64,000 nucleotides of DNA, taken from positions 68,554 to 132,553 of the forward strand of contig JAUSED010000008.1 in the NCBI GenBank assembly GCA_030650425.1, written 5' to 3'. Positions within the stretch are counted from its first letter, which is position 1, and every line of letters begins with the position of its first letter. Positions 50,061-60,319 of this stretch are shown here, one piece after another. This DNA comes from Candidatus Omnitrophota bacterium (GTDB lineage: Bacteria > Omnitrophota > Gorgyraeia > Gygaellales > Profunditerraquicolaceae). Both the position numbers and the translations under genes were made by a program. The notes below the pieces were generated by a model. That model ran no database searches. It was not told the DNA's origin and was given only the letters and a program-made list of their open reading frames with translations.

Positions 50061-52008
50061 AGCGGGATTTTCTATGTTAGAGCGGCGTATCATTATCTTT
50101 GAACGTTGTTATGGTTGGGCGTTTTGGTTTTTAATTTGGAATATCATACTGGGGCGGCGGGCCTACGTGGTAGATCCGTATTGGGCATATCATCATGTTC
50201 GAACGCCTATTCGGGGTTTTCCACATTCTTTGCCCGCATTTGTTAAAATAATGGTTAAGACCGGCTGGGTTAAGGTTTTAACCGTTGAAGAGTTGGGATG
50301 CCGCAGACATATTATTGAGGCGACGGAGCAAGCTGTGCGTTATTGTGAAAAGGCCGGAGATGTTTTTCAGGCCGAAGTCCGCAATAAAGATTTTTTAAGT
50401 TTCTATAAGGCTATTTTGGGCGATGCGGTGGTTGAGCGAACGATTAAGAAATCGGTGTGTAATGCCTTGGCTGAGTTTTTGTCTGTAAGGCTTTTGTTGA
50501 AGGCGCTTAGGAAGTGTTTTGGATCAAAAGAGTTTATGTTTATTCCGGCTTATAATGCGAGGCAGTATTTATTTTTTGAAAAGATATGGCCTAAATTGGA
50601 GCCTGATCATCCGGAGGCCGCGTTTAGATTCTCTCGGTTGACTTTGTGGTTTGATACCGTAGCATTTGGTTTTATTTTGTGTATGGATATCGGACGAGGT
50701 TTGGTCAAAGCGTTCATATTGTTCGCAAACAGGATCTGCCGGCGCGGACTTGTTCCGAGAGATGCCGTATGCGGCGTTTCTTTAGTTTCACTTGCCCGGC
50801 AGATAGGCGATGCCCAGAAATCTCTTAGCTTTCTTGTTGATGGCGCGCTGATCCGCCGAGAGGATACGATTATTTTCAATTACGCGAAGTGCGGCCCTCG
50901 AAAGAAGGCGTTTTTGTCCCGGAAGTTCCCAAACATTGTGCATATGCAAGACGCGGGCATAAGCTGGAGTGATTTTTTAACCTGCTTGAATGGCGCGCGT
51001 TCGGCGTTAAGAGGTTTTTCTTTAGGTGTGGGGATTGTTTATAAGGATTTGTCTTTGGTAATGGAGAATTATTTTGTCTGGAAGCAGATCGGAGAACGCA
51101 TTAGGCTTAGAAACTTTGTGACCCATTGCGACTTTGGCGCTTCGCAACTCGGGCGTAATTTGGCTTTGCGTGAGAAAGGCGTGAGGACATGGTTGTTTAT
51201 GGATTCTGCTAATCAGTCCTGTAATTTTATGACTGACAACAATGTTATGGGCGCGCAGCATCCTTTTTGGTGCTATCTGGACTATGATCATTTTGTTGCC
51301 TGGACCCCTTTTTTAGCGCAGTATTTTGCTTCGCATCCGGGTAGCGCCAAGCAGTTTCACGTAACCGGATGTTTTTGGGCAGACTATATTCAACCAAGGC
51401 GCGATGCCTTTAAGGCGCTCTCCATGGGATTACAAGAGCGGCTAAAGAGAAAGAAGGTTGTGGCGGCCTTTGACTCGACCTATTCAAGAAAAGGGATGAC
51501 TTCTTATCAGGAGGGGATTGCTTTTGCGCGGCATATTCTTGCGTTAGCTGATCTGAGCGATGATCTGCTTATCTTGTGGAGAGAGAAAATTACGCGTAAG
51601 TTACATTATAAGCTGGACGATATGAGCGCGGATGAACTTTTGGCTGTGTATGCAAAAATGGATGCGCATCCTCGGATTATTAACGTAACCAGAACATTAA
51701 CCGCAGGGGATATGATTGCTGTTTCCGACCTTGTTATTTCTTTTCCGTTCACATCTACCAGTCTGGAGGCGTTAAGCGCCCATAGAAGAGCGATTTGGCA
51801 TGATCCGTTAGCTTTTTATCGCAGGAATATTTATGATGATCGGCTGGTTACGCATGGCTGGAATGAGCTTCAAGATTTAGTTGTTCGGTTACTGCGGGGA
51901 GAGGAGCTGTCATTTGGGGAGGCCGAATCGAAGGTTAGGGATCCTTATTCTGACGGCCATGCGACGAATCGGTTTAGGAGATTATTATTGCAGTCGGAGC
52001 GTGATTAA
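50053..52008 (+). CDS. Polysaccharide biosynthesis PFTS-motif protein (putative transferase)
   Basis: C-terminal ISFPFTSTSLEA; AAFDS and DPYSDG motifs; exact start uncertain (50053 or 50074). Confidence 0.7.
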   Translation: MAKAGFSMLERRIIIFERCYGWAFWFLIWNIILGRRAYVVDPYWAYHHVRTPIRGFPHSLPAFVKIMVKTGWVKVLTVEELGCRRHIIEATEQAVRYCEKAGDVFQAEVRNKDFLSFYKAILGDAVVERTIKKSVCNALAEFLSVRLLLKALRKCFGSKEFMFIPAYNARQYLFFEKIWPKLEPDHPEAAFRFSRLTLWFDTVAFGFILCMDIGRGLVKAFILFANRICRRGLVPRDAVCGVSLVSLARQIGDAQKSLSFLVDGALIRREDTIIFNYAKCGPRKKAFLSRKFPNIVHMQDAGISWSDFLTCLNGARSALRGFSLGVGIVYKDLSLVMENYFVWKQIGERIRLRNFVTHCDFGASQLGRNLALREKGVRTWLFMDSANQSCNFMTDNNVMGAQHPFWCYLDYDHFVAWTPFLAQYFASHPGSAKQFHVTGCFWADYIQPRRDAFKALSMGLQERLKRKKVVAAFDSTYSRKGMTSYQEGIAFARHILALADLSDDLLILWREKITRKLHYKLDDMSADELLAVYAKMDAHPRIINVTRTLTAGDMIAVSDLVISFPFTSTSLEALSAHRRAIWHDPLAFYRRNIYDDRLVTHGWNELQDLVVRLLRGEELSFGEAESKVRDPYSDGHATNRFRRLLLQSERD

Positions 52009-52021
52009 ACAGAATTATCTT

Positions 52022-53872
52022 ATGAAAAGAGTTGTAATAGCAAAGAATATTGACAAAAATACATTAAAGATGATTAGGGATCATCTTCCCGGGGGTAACG
52101 ATGAAAGGATCTATCTGGTATTTGGTAATCCAGATATTCATAACCTACATTCTTTAGAGGCATTGGGCTTTAAAGAGCAGTGCTTGCCTGCGCATGATGA
52201 ACAATACCGGGATAACTTTTTACGTGAATATATTGATCTTATAGGCAGCATAGGCAAAGAAAATAATATTCTTGAGTGGTGGGCAACGGATATAGCTTCT
52301 AAAAATCGTTTTACTTCCAGGATAACGGAGTTGTTATCTCATTTTTTAGACATTGTACAGACAGCCAAGGATAAGCCATTCGGGATTATGGTAGTGGTAA
52401 ATCCGGATTGGGCAATCGTTTCTTCTCTAAAGAAAGCCTGCCTAAAAGATGGCATTGGTTTTATTGCAGGTAATGGTTTTGCAGTGGAAAAAATTTTCAG
52501 TTTTACAGCTTTAAGGTTAAGAAGCCTGGCCTCTGTTATACGTAATTTTGGGAAGATAGGCATTAGATCTATCTATTGCCGTTTTATACTAGGGAAGAAG
52601 ACGCAATCCTCTGTGAAGGATAGCGGGCCATATTATGTGGTTAAGACATTCATCTACAACAGTTCTTTTTCCGAAGGGCATGATTATAAAGATAGCTTTT
52701 TCGGAAAACTACCGTATATATTAAGCAAAAACAGAAAAGTGCTCATTTTTGCTTCCGTACTCGGAAGCTATCGTTACTGTCTGCAAGAGATAAAAAAATG
52801 TAATTCGTTTAGGATTATTCCCGTAGAATATTTTATTACCTTTTTGGATTTAATTTCAGCTTTCAAGGCATTTATCTTGTCTAGGGTGGTTATAAGCGAT
52901 AAATATATGCTTAGCTGTGAAGTAGCGGGTATAATACGAAATGAGTTGGAGCGGACATGGAATGGAATACAGTATTACCAACTGTTCCATTACTGGGCTT
53001 TAAAGCGGCTGCTAAGCGGGGTAAGGGTGGATACCTTTCTTTTGACTTATGAGAATAATCCGTGGGAGAAGATGTGCATAGCCGCGTTAAGGCAGATATC
53101 GCCGGACACTTTTATCATAGGCTATCAACATACAATTGTTTCTCAGGCTTCGGCGAATATGTTCCCCAGCCGTTATGAAAATGGCATTATGCCTTTTCCT
53201 GATAAGATAGTGACGGTTGGCGAGGCCACTAAGAATATTATGCAGCGATACGGGAATTTTGGGGATGTTTCAATCCGCGCTTCATGCGGCCTCAGGTTTG
53301 AGTATCTTTTCGATCTAGGCCGGCTTGAGAGGAAAAATAATGGGAATATTCTGCTTGCGCTTGAAGGCATAAAAGATGCGCATAAACTAGTGGCTTATGT
53401 TCTCAGAGAGCTGGGAGGAAAAAGTAAGTACAACGTTAGAATCAGGACTCATCCCGCGCTTCCCTGGCAATATTTTCAGAGTAGGTGTAGATTTGACCTG
53501 GCGAAATACTCCAATTTTCATCTTTCGCCTGGAGGATTAGTAAGGGCCGACATGGAGTGGGCAGATACAGTTATATACTGGGGAAGCACTATCGCTGTTG
53601 AAGCGCTTAACCTTGGCAGGCCCGTAGTTCACTATAACACAGGCTCTATCTTAAATTATGACCCTTTATTTGAATCCTCCGATTTTAAATGGGTAGTAAA
53701 CGAAAATGTCAGTTTGACCGTTATCCTTGAAAAGATAAATAGTCTGGATGATCAGGAGTTTACTTCTGGCTGGAAAAAGGCAAAAACATATTTGGACGAC
53801 TATTTCCATCCGATCACCGAAGAAAATATGAAAGAATTTATAAAAGATGCCTCGTCAATTGGGGCAAAGTGA
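52022..53872 (+). CDS. Surface carbohydrate biosynthesis protein (TIGR04326-like), putative GT-B transferase
   Basis: YENNPWEK, IIGYQH, RTHP and STIAVEA motifs; exact start uncertain. Confidence 0.6.
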   Translation: MKRVVIAKNIDKNTLKMIRDHLPGGNDERIYLVFGNPDIHNLHSLEALGFKEQCLPAHDEQYRDNFLREYIDLIGSIGKENNILEWWATDIASKNRFTSRITELLSHFLDIVQTAKDKPFGIMVVVNPDWAIVSSLKKACLKDGIGFIAGNGFAVEKIFSFTALRLRSLASVIRNFGKIGIRSIYCRFILGKKTQSSVKDSGPYYVVKTFIYNSSFSEGHDYKDSFFGKLPYILSKNRKVLIFASVLGSYRYCLQEIKKCNSFRIIPVEYFITFLDLISAFKAFILSRVVISDKYMLSCEVAGIIRNELERTWNGIQYYQLFHYWALKRLLSGVRVDTFLLTYENNPWEKMCIAALRQISPDTFIIGYQHTIVSQASANMFPSRYENGIMPFPDKIVTVGEATKNIMQRYGNFGDVSIRASCGLRFEYLFDLGRLERKNNGNILLALEGIKDAHKLVAYVLRELGGKSKYNVRIRTHPALPWQYFQSRCRFDLAKYSNFHLSPGGLVRADMEWADTVIYWGSTIAVEALNLGRPVVHYNTGSILNYDPLFESSDFKWVVNENVSLTVILEKINSLDDQEFTSGWKKAKTYLDDYFHPITEENMKEFIKDASSIGAK

Positions 53873-53879
53873 GAATAGG

Positions 53880-54962
53880 ATGCGAGAGAACAAAAAAATA
53901 TTAAAGGCTGGTATAATCGGTTACGGTTATATGGGTAAAATTCGTAAAAAGATTATTGAGTCTTCGGCGGTCCTTAAACTCGAGGGAATATGCGATATAA
54001 ATAGAGAGTTGATTACCGTTGATCAGTCTGTTAAATGCAAGATCTATGATTCTTATAAGAAACTAATCGCGTCGGATATCGACATTGTTTTTGTCTGTAC
54101 GCCTAATTCATTTTCCCCTCAGATCGTGGTTGACAGCTTGCGGGCTGGCAAACATGTTTTCTGTGAGAAACCTCCCGGAAGGACGCTTGCGGATGTAAAA
54201 CTGATCATAGAGCAGGAGAAAAAGCGCCCGGAACTTAAACTGATGTTTGGTTTTAACCATAGATATCATCCGGGAATACTCGAGGCCAGGACTATCGTTG
54301 ACAGCAAGAGATTTGGTAAAATCTTATTTTTAAAAGGGACATACGGAAAATCGGGAGGCAGGAACTATCTTCAGTCTTGGCGTAACCAAAAAGAGGTAGC
54401 AGGGGGAGGCATACTCCTTGATCAGGGAATACATATGCTTGATTTGTTTCGTTATTTCTGTGGTAATTTCAGTGAGGTAAAATGCTTTCTTTCGAAGATG
54501 TTCTGGGATACTGATGTCGAAGATAACGCCTTTATTTTTCTCCGCAACAGGTTTGGGCAGGTCGCTACCCTCCATTCTTCAGCTACATTGTGGAAACACT
54601 GTTTCAGGATAGAGATATTTCTTGAGGATGCTTACCTTATAGTATCTGGTCTTTTGTCCAAAACAGGAAGCTACGGCAGGGAAACTCTCACTATCGGCCG
54701 GAGGCAATTTGAAGACGAAACTTTCGCTTTGGGCAATCCGCGGGAAGAGGTGGTGTATTTTGACCAGGATTTATCTTGGGAGGCAGAAGTAACCAAGTTT
54801 ATCGACTATATTACCAATGATAATAAGGTGGATAATAGCTCTTCTTATGACGCGCTAAAGGTAATGGAGATAATAGAACGGGCGTATAAGAACAATTCAG
54901 TCAAAGGTTGCCCTAATCTGGCGGGAAAAGGAGATCGATTCCATGAAAAACGTAGTAATTAA
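53880..54962 (+). CDS. Gfo/Idh/MocA oxidoreductase
   Basis: GIIGYGYMG, HVFCEKPPG, GFNHRY and GGGILLDQGIH motifs. Confidence 0.92.
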   Translation: MRENKKILKAGIIGYGYMGKIRKKIIESSAVLKLEGICDINRELITVDQSVKCKIYDSYKKLIASDIDIVFVCTPNSFSPQIVVDSLRAGKHVFCEKPPGRTLADVKLIIEQEKKRPELKLMFGFNHRYHPGILEARTIVDSKRFGKILFLKGTYGKSGGRNYLQSWRNQKEVAGGGILLDQGIHMLDLFRYFCGNFSEVKCFLSKMFWDTDVEDNAFIFLRNRFGQVATLHSSATLWKHCFRIEIFLEDAYLIVSGLLSKTGSYGRETLTIGRRQFEDETFALGNPREEVVYFDQDLSWEAEVTKFIDYITNDNKVDNSSSYDALKVMEIIERAYKNNSVKGCPNLAGKGDRFHEKRSN

Positions 54963-55971
54963 TGAGACCGGAAAGGCGTCTGAGTTTAAGCCGGATGTAA
55001 TATTTGAAAAATACCTGAAGCTGGCTGAAAAAGATGTAAGGGATGAATTTAGTCAGAAAAGAAACCTGGCACTCTCAAATTGTCCTGCCTGCAGGTCGAA
55101 AAAGAAAAGAATCGTTTTTTCCCATTTTGGGTTTGAATATGCGGAGTGTTTGGCTTGTGACAGTGTCTATATGAACCCGCGTCCCCTAGACGCAAAGATT
55201 AAAAAACACTACCTTGAATCGGCTTCAGCCAGTTTTTGGCGGAATACGCTTTCAAAAAAGACTGAAGGTAAAAGAAAAGAAAAGATTTACGAAAAACGAT
55301 TCCAGTGGTTCAGTGATATTGCCCAAAACCACTTACCTTGCGCCACCACGATTGCTGATTTTAATTCAAAAGACCCGGAATACACCAAGGAATTCCTGCA
55401 AAACGGTTATTTTAAGCGCAAAATAGTGATTAATCCATATTTTAATATCTTAGCGTTGGATAAGTTTAACGTAGACGCAAGCAGCTACCCGGTGATAGAA
55501 GAGCTTGCTGATTCGCTTGAGGATAGAGGGATGGTTGATGTTGCCTGTGCGTTTGAAGCTATAGATTGTTTTGCGGATGTTGAGCTCTTACTTAAGACTA
55601 TTAATGCTTTGCTATGCAAGGGCGGCTTGTGTTTTGTGACTACTATTTCAATCAGTGGGTTTGATCTTCAGGTTTTGTGGGGAAATTCAACGAGTATATT
55701 CCCGCCTGACAGGATTAATGTCTTTTCCCGAAAAGGACTTGAGCTATTGTTTAAACGGCATGGTTTTGATATAATAGAATATAGTACGCCCGGTTTCCTG
55801 GATTTAGATATAGTTAAAAACGCGCTAAAGAAAGATTCATCTATTGAACTGCCAAGATTCGTCAGGACTATTCTTAAGAATGGCGATGATCAAGTCTATC
55901 AGGATTTTCAGGAGTTTTTGCAGTTAAGCAAACTCAGCTCATTCGTTAGAATAGTGCTTAAGAAAAAATAA
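54943..55971 (+). CDS. Class I methyltransferase-like protein with a zinc ribbon
   Basis: CPAC...CLAC; FEAID, GFDLQVL and TPGFLD motifs; motif I is degenerate. Confidence 0.7.
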   Translation: MKNVVINETGKASEFKPDVIFEKYLKLAEKDVRDEFSQKRNLALSNCPACRSKKKRIVFSHFGFEYAECLACDSVYMNPRPLDAKIKKHYLESASASFWRNTLSKKTEGKRKEKIYEKRFQWFSDIAQNHLPCATTIADFNSKDPEYTKEFLQNGYFKRKIVINPYFNILALDKFNVDASSYPVIEELADSLEDRGMVDVACAFEAIDCFADVELLLKTINALLCKGGLCFVTTISISGFDLQVLWGNSTSIFPPDRINVFSRKGLELLFKRHGFDIIEYSTPGFLDLDIVKNALKKDSSIELPRFVRTILKNGDDQVYQDFQEFLQLSKLSSFVRIVLKKK

Positions 55972-55981
55972 GAGGAGAAAT

Positions 55982-56584
55982 ATGGCATACGTCGAGCAGT
56001 ATCTAAAAGAGGTAACGGAAATAGCGCAGGGCATAAACGTAGTTGATATTGAAAAAATAATAAAAGTATTACTGCAAGTAAAACAAGATAATGGCCGTAT
56101 TTTCTTTTTGGGAGTGGGCGGCAGCGCAGGGAACGCATCGCATGCGGTAAACGATTTCAGGAAACTTGCTGGATTTGAGGCGTATTCGCCTGTTGACAAT
56201 GTATCTGAGCTTATGGCTAGGACAAATGACGAGGGTTGGGATACGGTTTTTTCGGAATGGCTAAAAGGTAGCCGTTTGCGTAAAGAGGATGCGGTTTTTG
56301 TTTTTTCAGTCGGGGGCGGTAACGCTGAAAAAAACATAAGCAAAAATCTGGTGACGGCGCTTGAATATGCCAAATCGGTCAAAGCAAAAATTTTAGGTAT
56401 CATAGGCAGGGATGGCGGATTTACTGCTCAGGTCGCGGACGCCTGTGTTATAGTTCCTACGGTCAATTCCAACACGGTTACTCCTCACTCCGAGGCTTTC
56501 CAGGGTGTGATATGGCATCTGATAGTATCAGACTCCAGGCTTAGAGTTGTTGAGAACAAATGGGAGTCCTTTAACAAAAAATAA
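55982..56584 (+). CDS. SIS-domain sugar-phosphate isomerase (second GmhA-like)
   Basis: GVGGSAGNASHAVND, ARTNDEG, SVGGG and TPHSE motifs. Confidence 0.87.
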   Translation: MAYVEQYLKEVTEIAQGINVVDIEKIIKVLLQVKQDNGRIFFLGVGGSAGNASHAVNDFRKLAGFEAYSPVDNVSELMARTNDEGWDTVFSEWLKGSRLRKEDAVFVFSVGGGNAEKNISKNLVTALEYAKSVKAKILGIIGRDGGFTAQVADACVIVPTVNSNTVTPHSEAFQGVIWHLIVSDSRLRVVENKWESFNKK

Positions 56585-56596
56585 GGAGTTGAATAA

Positions 56597-57283
56597 ATGG
56601 CGATCTTCTTGGATACGGGAAATATTAAAGAGGTAGAAAGATTCATGAAAATGGGTATTATCCGCGGTGTGACTACTAATCCGACCATATTGTTTAAGGC
56701 CGGGGTAACGTCAGGTAATCAAGGAATTAAGTCTAGGTCTATTGAGATCTCGAAGATAATAGCGCCCTATCCTTTGTCTGTCGAGGTCACGACTAACGAT
56801 TATGACAAGATGATCGAACAGGCTCAGGAATATTCAGGATGGGCTAAGAATATTAACGTGAAGATCACTATCCACGGCCCAAAGGGCGAGACCGAAAACC
56901 TTGAAGCTATACACGAGCTTTCATCAAAATATAAGATGAGCATTAACGCGACCGCTATGATGAGCGCCCAGCAATGCTTGCTTGCTGCAATGGCAGGCGC
57001 TGAGTATGTGTCTATTTTTGGAGGTAGGGTTAATAATATGGGCTATAATTCTTGTTCCGAGATCAGCAAGCTCAGGGTTGTGCTTGACAGGCAGCAGTTA
57101 ACCTCAAAGATTATAGTAGGTTCTACTAGGGAGGTTCTTAATATCATAGAGTGGCTGGAGGCTGGCGCGGATATTGTCACCGTTTTGCCGGAGATACTTA
57201 ACGGCATGATTGTTCATCCTTATTCAAAGGAGACTGTGCAGATGTTTCTGGAAGACGCAGCCAAGACAGAAAGGTTGCTCTAA
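56597..57283 (+). CDS. Transaldolase / fructose-6-phosphate aldolase family protein
   Basis: IFLDT, GVTTNPT, NINVKI, INAT and YVSIFGGR motifs. Confidence 0.9.
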   Translation: MAIFLDTGNIKEVERFMKMGIIRGVTTNPTILFKAGVTSGNQGIKSRSIEISKIIAPYPLSVEVTTNDYDKMIEQAQEYSGWAKNINVKITIHGPKGETENLEAIHELSSKYKMSINATAMMSAQQCLLAAMAGAEYVSIFGGRVNNMGYNSCSEISKLRVVLDRQQLTSKIIVGSTREVLNIIEWLEAGADIVTVLPEILNGMIVHPYSKETVQMFLEDAAKTERLL

Positions 57284-57297
57284 AAAAGGGGATTAAG

Positions 57298-58086
57298 ATG
57301 CTTGCTATGGAAAAAAGAAGATTGGTTTTAAGGACAAAATTGAGAAGTCGCAAACTGGTTTTTGCGGCTTGGACATCGCTCTATCATCCTTCAATAACGG
57401 AGATCTTCAGCCATTCCGGGGTTGATTTTGTAGGGATAGATATCGAGCATAGTACTATAAGCCAGGAACAGTCTCAACGCATCATCGCAACAGCCCAGGC
57501 ATCAGATTCATTATGCCTGCCAAGGGTAGCGTCGCATAATATGGAAATGATAAAACGGTTGTTGGATTCCGGGGCTGACGGTATCATAGTCCCTATGGTT
57601 AATACTGCGCGGGAAGCCCGGGAGATCGCATCCTGGTGTAAATATCCGCCGCAGGGAAAGCGCAGTTTTGGAATTTCCCGCGGGCAGGGTTACGGTTTTG
57701 ATTTTGACAGGTATACAAAAAAATGGAATTCTGTTTCTTCGCTGATAGTCCAGATAGAATCTATTACCGGAGTTGAGAATATTGAAGATATCCTTGGCAT
57801 AGATGCTGTAGACGCAGCAATGGTAGGCCCTTATGATCTCTCAGGTTCACTTAATATTCCCGGAAAAATTGACCACCCAAAAATCCGCGAAGCGGCAAAA
57901 CGGGTTATTGCCGCGTGCAGGAAAGCCGGTAAAGCCTGTGGCACGCAGATCATAGATCCCGATGCCAGACAGATAAAAAATGCCTTAGATCAGGGGTTTA
58001 CTTTTATTGTCCTTTCCTCAGATGTTTTTTTACTCTGGAAATGGGCGCAAAGGATGCGTGGGTATACCCGTATGAATAGAAAATAA
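57298..58086 (+). CDS. HpcH/HpaI-family pyruvate-dependent aldolase
   Basis: IDIEHS, LDSGADGIIVPMV, QIES and VGPYDLSGSL motifs. Confidence 0.9.
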   Translation: MLAMEKRRLVLRTKLRSRKLVFAAWTSLYHPSITEIFSHSGVDFVGIDIEHSTISQEQSQRIIATAQASDSLCLPRVASHNMEMIKRLLDSGADGIIVPMVNTAREAREIASWCKYPPQGKRSFGISRGQGYGFDFDRYTKKWNSVSSLIVQIESITGVENIEDILGIDAVDAAMVGPYDLSGSLNIPGKIDHPKIREAAKRVIAACRKAGKACGTQIIDPDARQIKNALDQGFTFIVLSSDVFLLWKWAQRMRGYTRMNRK

Positions 58087-58089
58087 AAA

Positions 58090-58743
58090 ATGAACCATAA
58101 GGTTATTGTTTTTGATTTTGACGGCGTAATCGTTGAATCGAACGGTATCAAGCACGATGCTTTTTCCAGTATTTTTCGCCGCTACCCAAAATATTACAAA
58201 ACTATGATGTCGTTTCATTACGAACACAATCATCTGCCTCGCCAGGATAAATTCAGGTATCTGGTGAAGGAACTAATGGGTAAAACTGACTGCGAGGATG
58301 ATGTTGCCAGCCTTACTTATGAGTTTGAGGGTTTAACGCGGCAGCGAATCATTTCCTGTCCATATGTTGCGGGGGCTAGGGAATGCATAGATTATTTCTC
58401 TGATCGTCTTCCATTGTATATAGTTTCAGCCACGCCAGAAGCGGAATTAATGATTATACTTGAGGCTCGGGACATGATTAAGAAGTTTAAGGGAGTGTAT
58501 GGCCCTCCTATGACAAAGAGCCATGCTTTTAAAACGATAATTGGGCAAGAACAGGTTGCCGCCTTTCAGGTTTTGTTTGTCGGAGATAGCATTGAAGATT
58601 ATTCTGTCGCGAAAGAAGCGGGAATTTATTTTGTAGCAAGAAAAACTAAAGAAAATTCATTCGATGCGCATATACCTATTTGTAATAATCTAAGCGAATT
58701 AAAGGATTTGATTCTTGATGGTTCGAAGCCAGCATGGCGATAG
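58090..58743 (+). CDS. HAD-superfamily hydrolase/phosphatase
   Basis: FDFDGVIVES, VSATP and FVGDSIED motifs. Confidence 0.9.
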   Translation: MNHKVIVFDFDGVIVESNGIKHDAFSSIFRRYPKYYKTMMSFHYEHNHLPRQDKFRYLVKELMGKTDCEDDVASLTYEFEGLTRQRIISCPYVAGARECIDYFSDRLPLYIVSATPEAELMIILEARDMIKKFKGVYGPPMTKSHAFKTIIGQEQVAAFQVLFVGDSIEDYSVAKEAGIYFVARKTKENSFDAHIPICNNLSELKDLILDGSKPAWR

Positions 58744-58753
58744 GAGGTACGAA

Positions 58754-59533
58754 TTGTCTGAATACATTTCAGGTCTTTTTGGTTTAGAAGGTAAGACTGC
58801 TGCTGTTATTGGGGCCGGCGGATATCTTTGTAGTGAAATGTCCAAAGCATTCTCTAAGGCCGGAGCTAGGGTGGCCGTCATTGATAAAAACCTGGAAAAT
58901 GCTAAAAAGGTTTCTGAAGCTATCCGCGCTTTTGGCGGTGATTCCATAGCTTTGGATATAGACGTCACACAAAAAGGAAGCCATGAAAAGGCGCTTGAAA
59001 CAGTGCTTAAGAAATTCAAGACTATAGATATCCTGGTTAATGGCGCGGGGATAAATGCTCCTACTAAGTTTTTTGAGATAAGCCTGCAGGAATGGGAGGG
59101 TATTATTGCCGTTTGTCTTACCGGCACCATGCTTGGTTGTCAGGTTTTCGGCGGCCAAATGGTAAAAGAGAATAAGGGGTCCATTATTAATGTATCATCT
59201 GCTTCGGCTGGGCCGCCGCTTTCGAAGGCGTTTACCTATTCCGTAGCTAAGTCCGGGGTAAAAAATCTTACCCAGAATCTGGCCCGCGAATGGGCTCCTT
59301 ACAATGTAAGGGTTAATGCTCTTTGTCCGGGATTTTTTCCGACCGAATGGAGTAAAAATAATTTTATTGACGTACACAGAGAAAAGGCTATATTAGAACA
59401 TACTCCAATGAAAAGGTATGGAAGGCCTGAAGAGTTAGTAGGAGCAGTGCTTTGGCTTTCTTCTGAGTCTGCCAGTTTTGTCACGGGCGCAGAGATAAAA
59501 GTGGATGGCGGATTTTCCTGCATGACTATATAG
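58754..59533 (+). CDS. SDR oxidoreductase (gluconate 5-dehydrogenase-like)
   Basis: GAGGYL, LVNGAG, YSVAK, RVNALCPG and VDGGF motifs; AGGAGG RBS before TTG 58754. Confidence 0.88.
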   Translation: MSEYISGLFGLEGKTAAVIGAGGYLCSEMSKAFSKAGARVAVIDKNLENAKKVSEAIRAFGGDSIALDIDVTQKGSHEKALETVLKKFKTIDILVNGAGINAPTKFFEISLQEWEGIIAVCLTGTMLGCQVFGGQMVKENKGSIINVSSASAGPPLSKAFTYSVAKSGVKNLTQNLAREWAPYNVRVNALCPGFFPTEWSKNNFIDVHREKAILEHTPMKRYGRPEELVGAVLWLSSESASFVTGAEIKVDGGFSCMTI

Positions 59534-59540
59534 TTTACTT

Positions 59541-60305
59541 ATGAAAAAAAATGTTGCTGGGAAAATGGTGGTTATCACAGGCGGCAGCCGGGGCATAGGC
59601 GCTGCGATCACCAAGGCATTTTGGGAGGCCGGAGACTATGTGCTTGTCGGAGCAAGAAGATCCAACGATTTTCTTAAAGGCTTCGGAAGGAGGGTTCGTT
59701 TTAAAAAGATTGACGTGCGCTTTGAATCAGAACAGGCGGCCTTAGCGGGCACAGCCATAAAATGGAGAGGCCGAATAGATATATTTGTAAATTGCGCGGG
59801 ATTTTCCGATTGGCGCTCTGTGGATAAAGTTGATGAAAAATTCTGGAGCACAATGATCGACACGAACCTAAAGGGGGTATTTTGGGGCTGCAAGGTTGCT
59901 TCCCTCTGCCTGCCTAAAGGCGGCTGTATCATTAATATCTCAAGCCTCGCCGGAAAACGCGGCAGCGCAAACAACTCCGTTTATTGCGCGTCAAAATTTG
60001 GTGTTAATGGAATAACGCAGTCGTTGGCGAAAGAGTTGGGTCCCAGAGGGATCAGGGTAAATGCGCTATGCCCTGTCTATGTTGAGACTGAAGCCTTACA
60101 TAACGCGCTTGGCGATGAGCTATCTCCGTCAGGAGGAAAGAATATAAACGTTTTCTTGAAAGATTTTGCTAAAAGTAATGCGGCGCTGAGGCGTTTGCCT
60201 AGCGCTGAAGAGATAGCGCAACTTTGCGTTTTCTTGGCATCGGATAAAGCCTCGGCAATTACCGGCCAGTGCATTAATGTTGACTGCGGAGTTTTGCCGC
60301 AATAA
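59541..60305 (+). CDS. SDR oxidoreductase
   Basis: TGGSRGIG, NCAG, YCASKFG and TGQCINVD motifs. Confidence 0.9.
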   Translation: MKKNVAGKMVVITGGSRGIGAAITKAFWEAGDYVLVGARRSNDFLKGFGRRVRFKKIDVRFESEQAALAGTAIKWRGRIDIFVNCAGFSDWRSVDKVDEKFWSTMIDTNLKGVFWGCKVASLCLPKGGCIINISSLAGKRGSANNSVYCASKFGVNGITQSLAKELGPRGIRVNALCPVYVETEALHNALGDELSPSGGKNINVFLKDFAKSNAALRRLPSAEEIAQLCVFLASDKASAITGQCINVDCGVLPQ

Positions 60306-60319
60306 TTAAAGAGGAGAAT

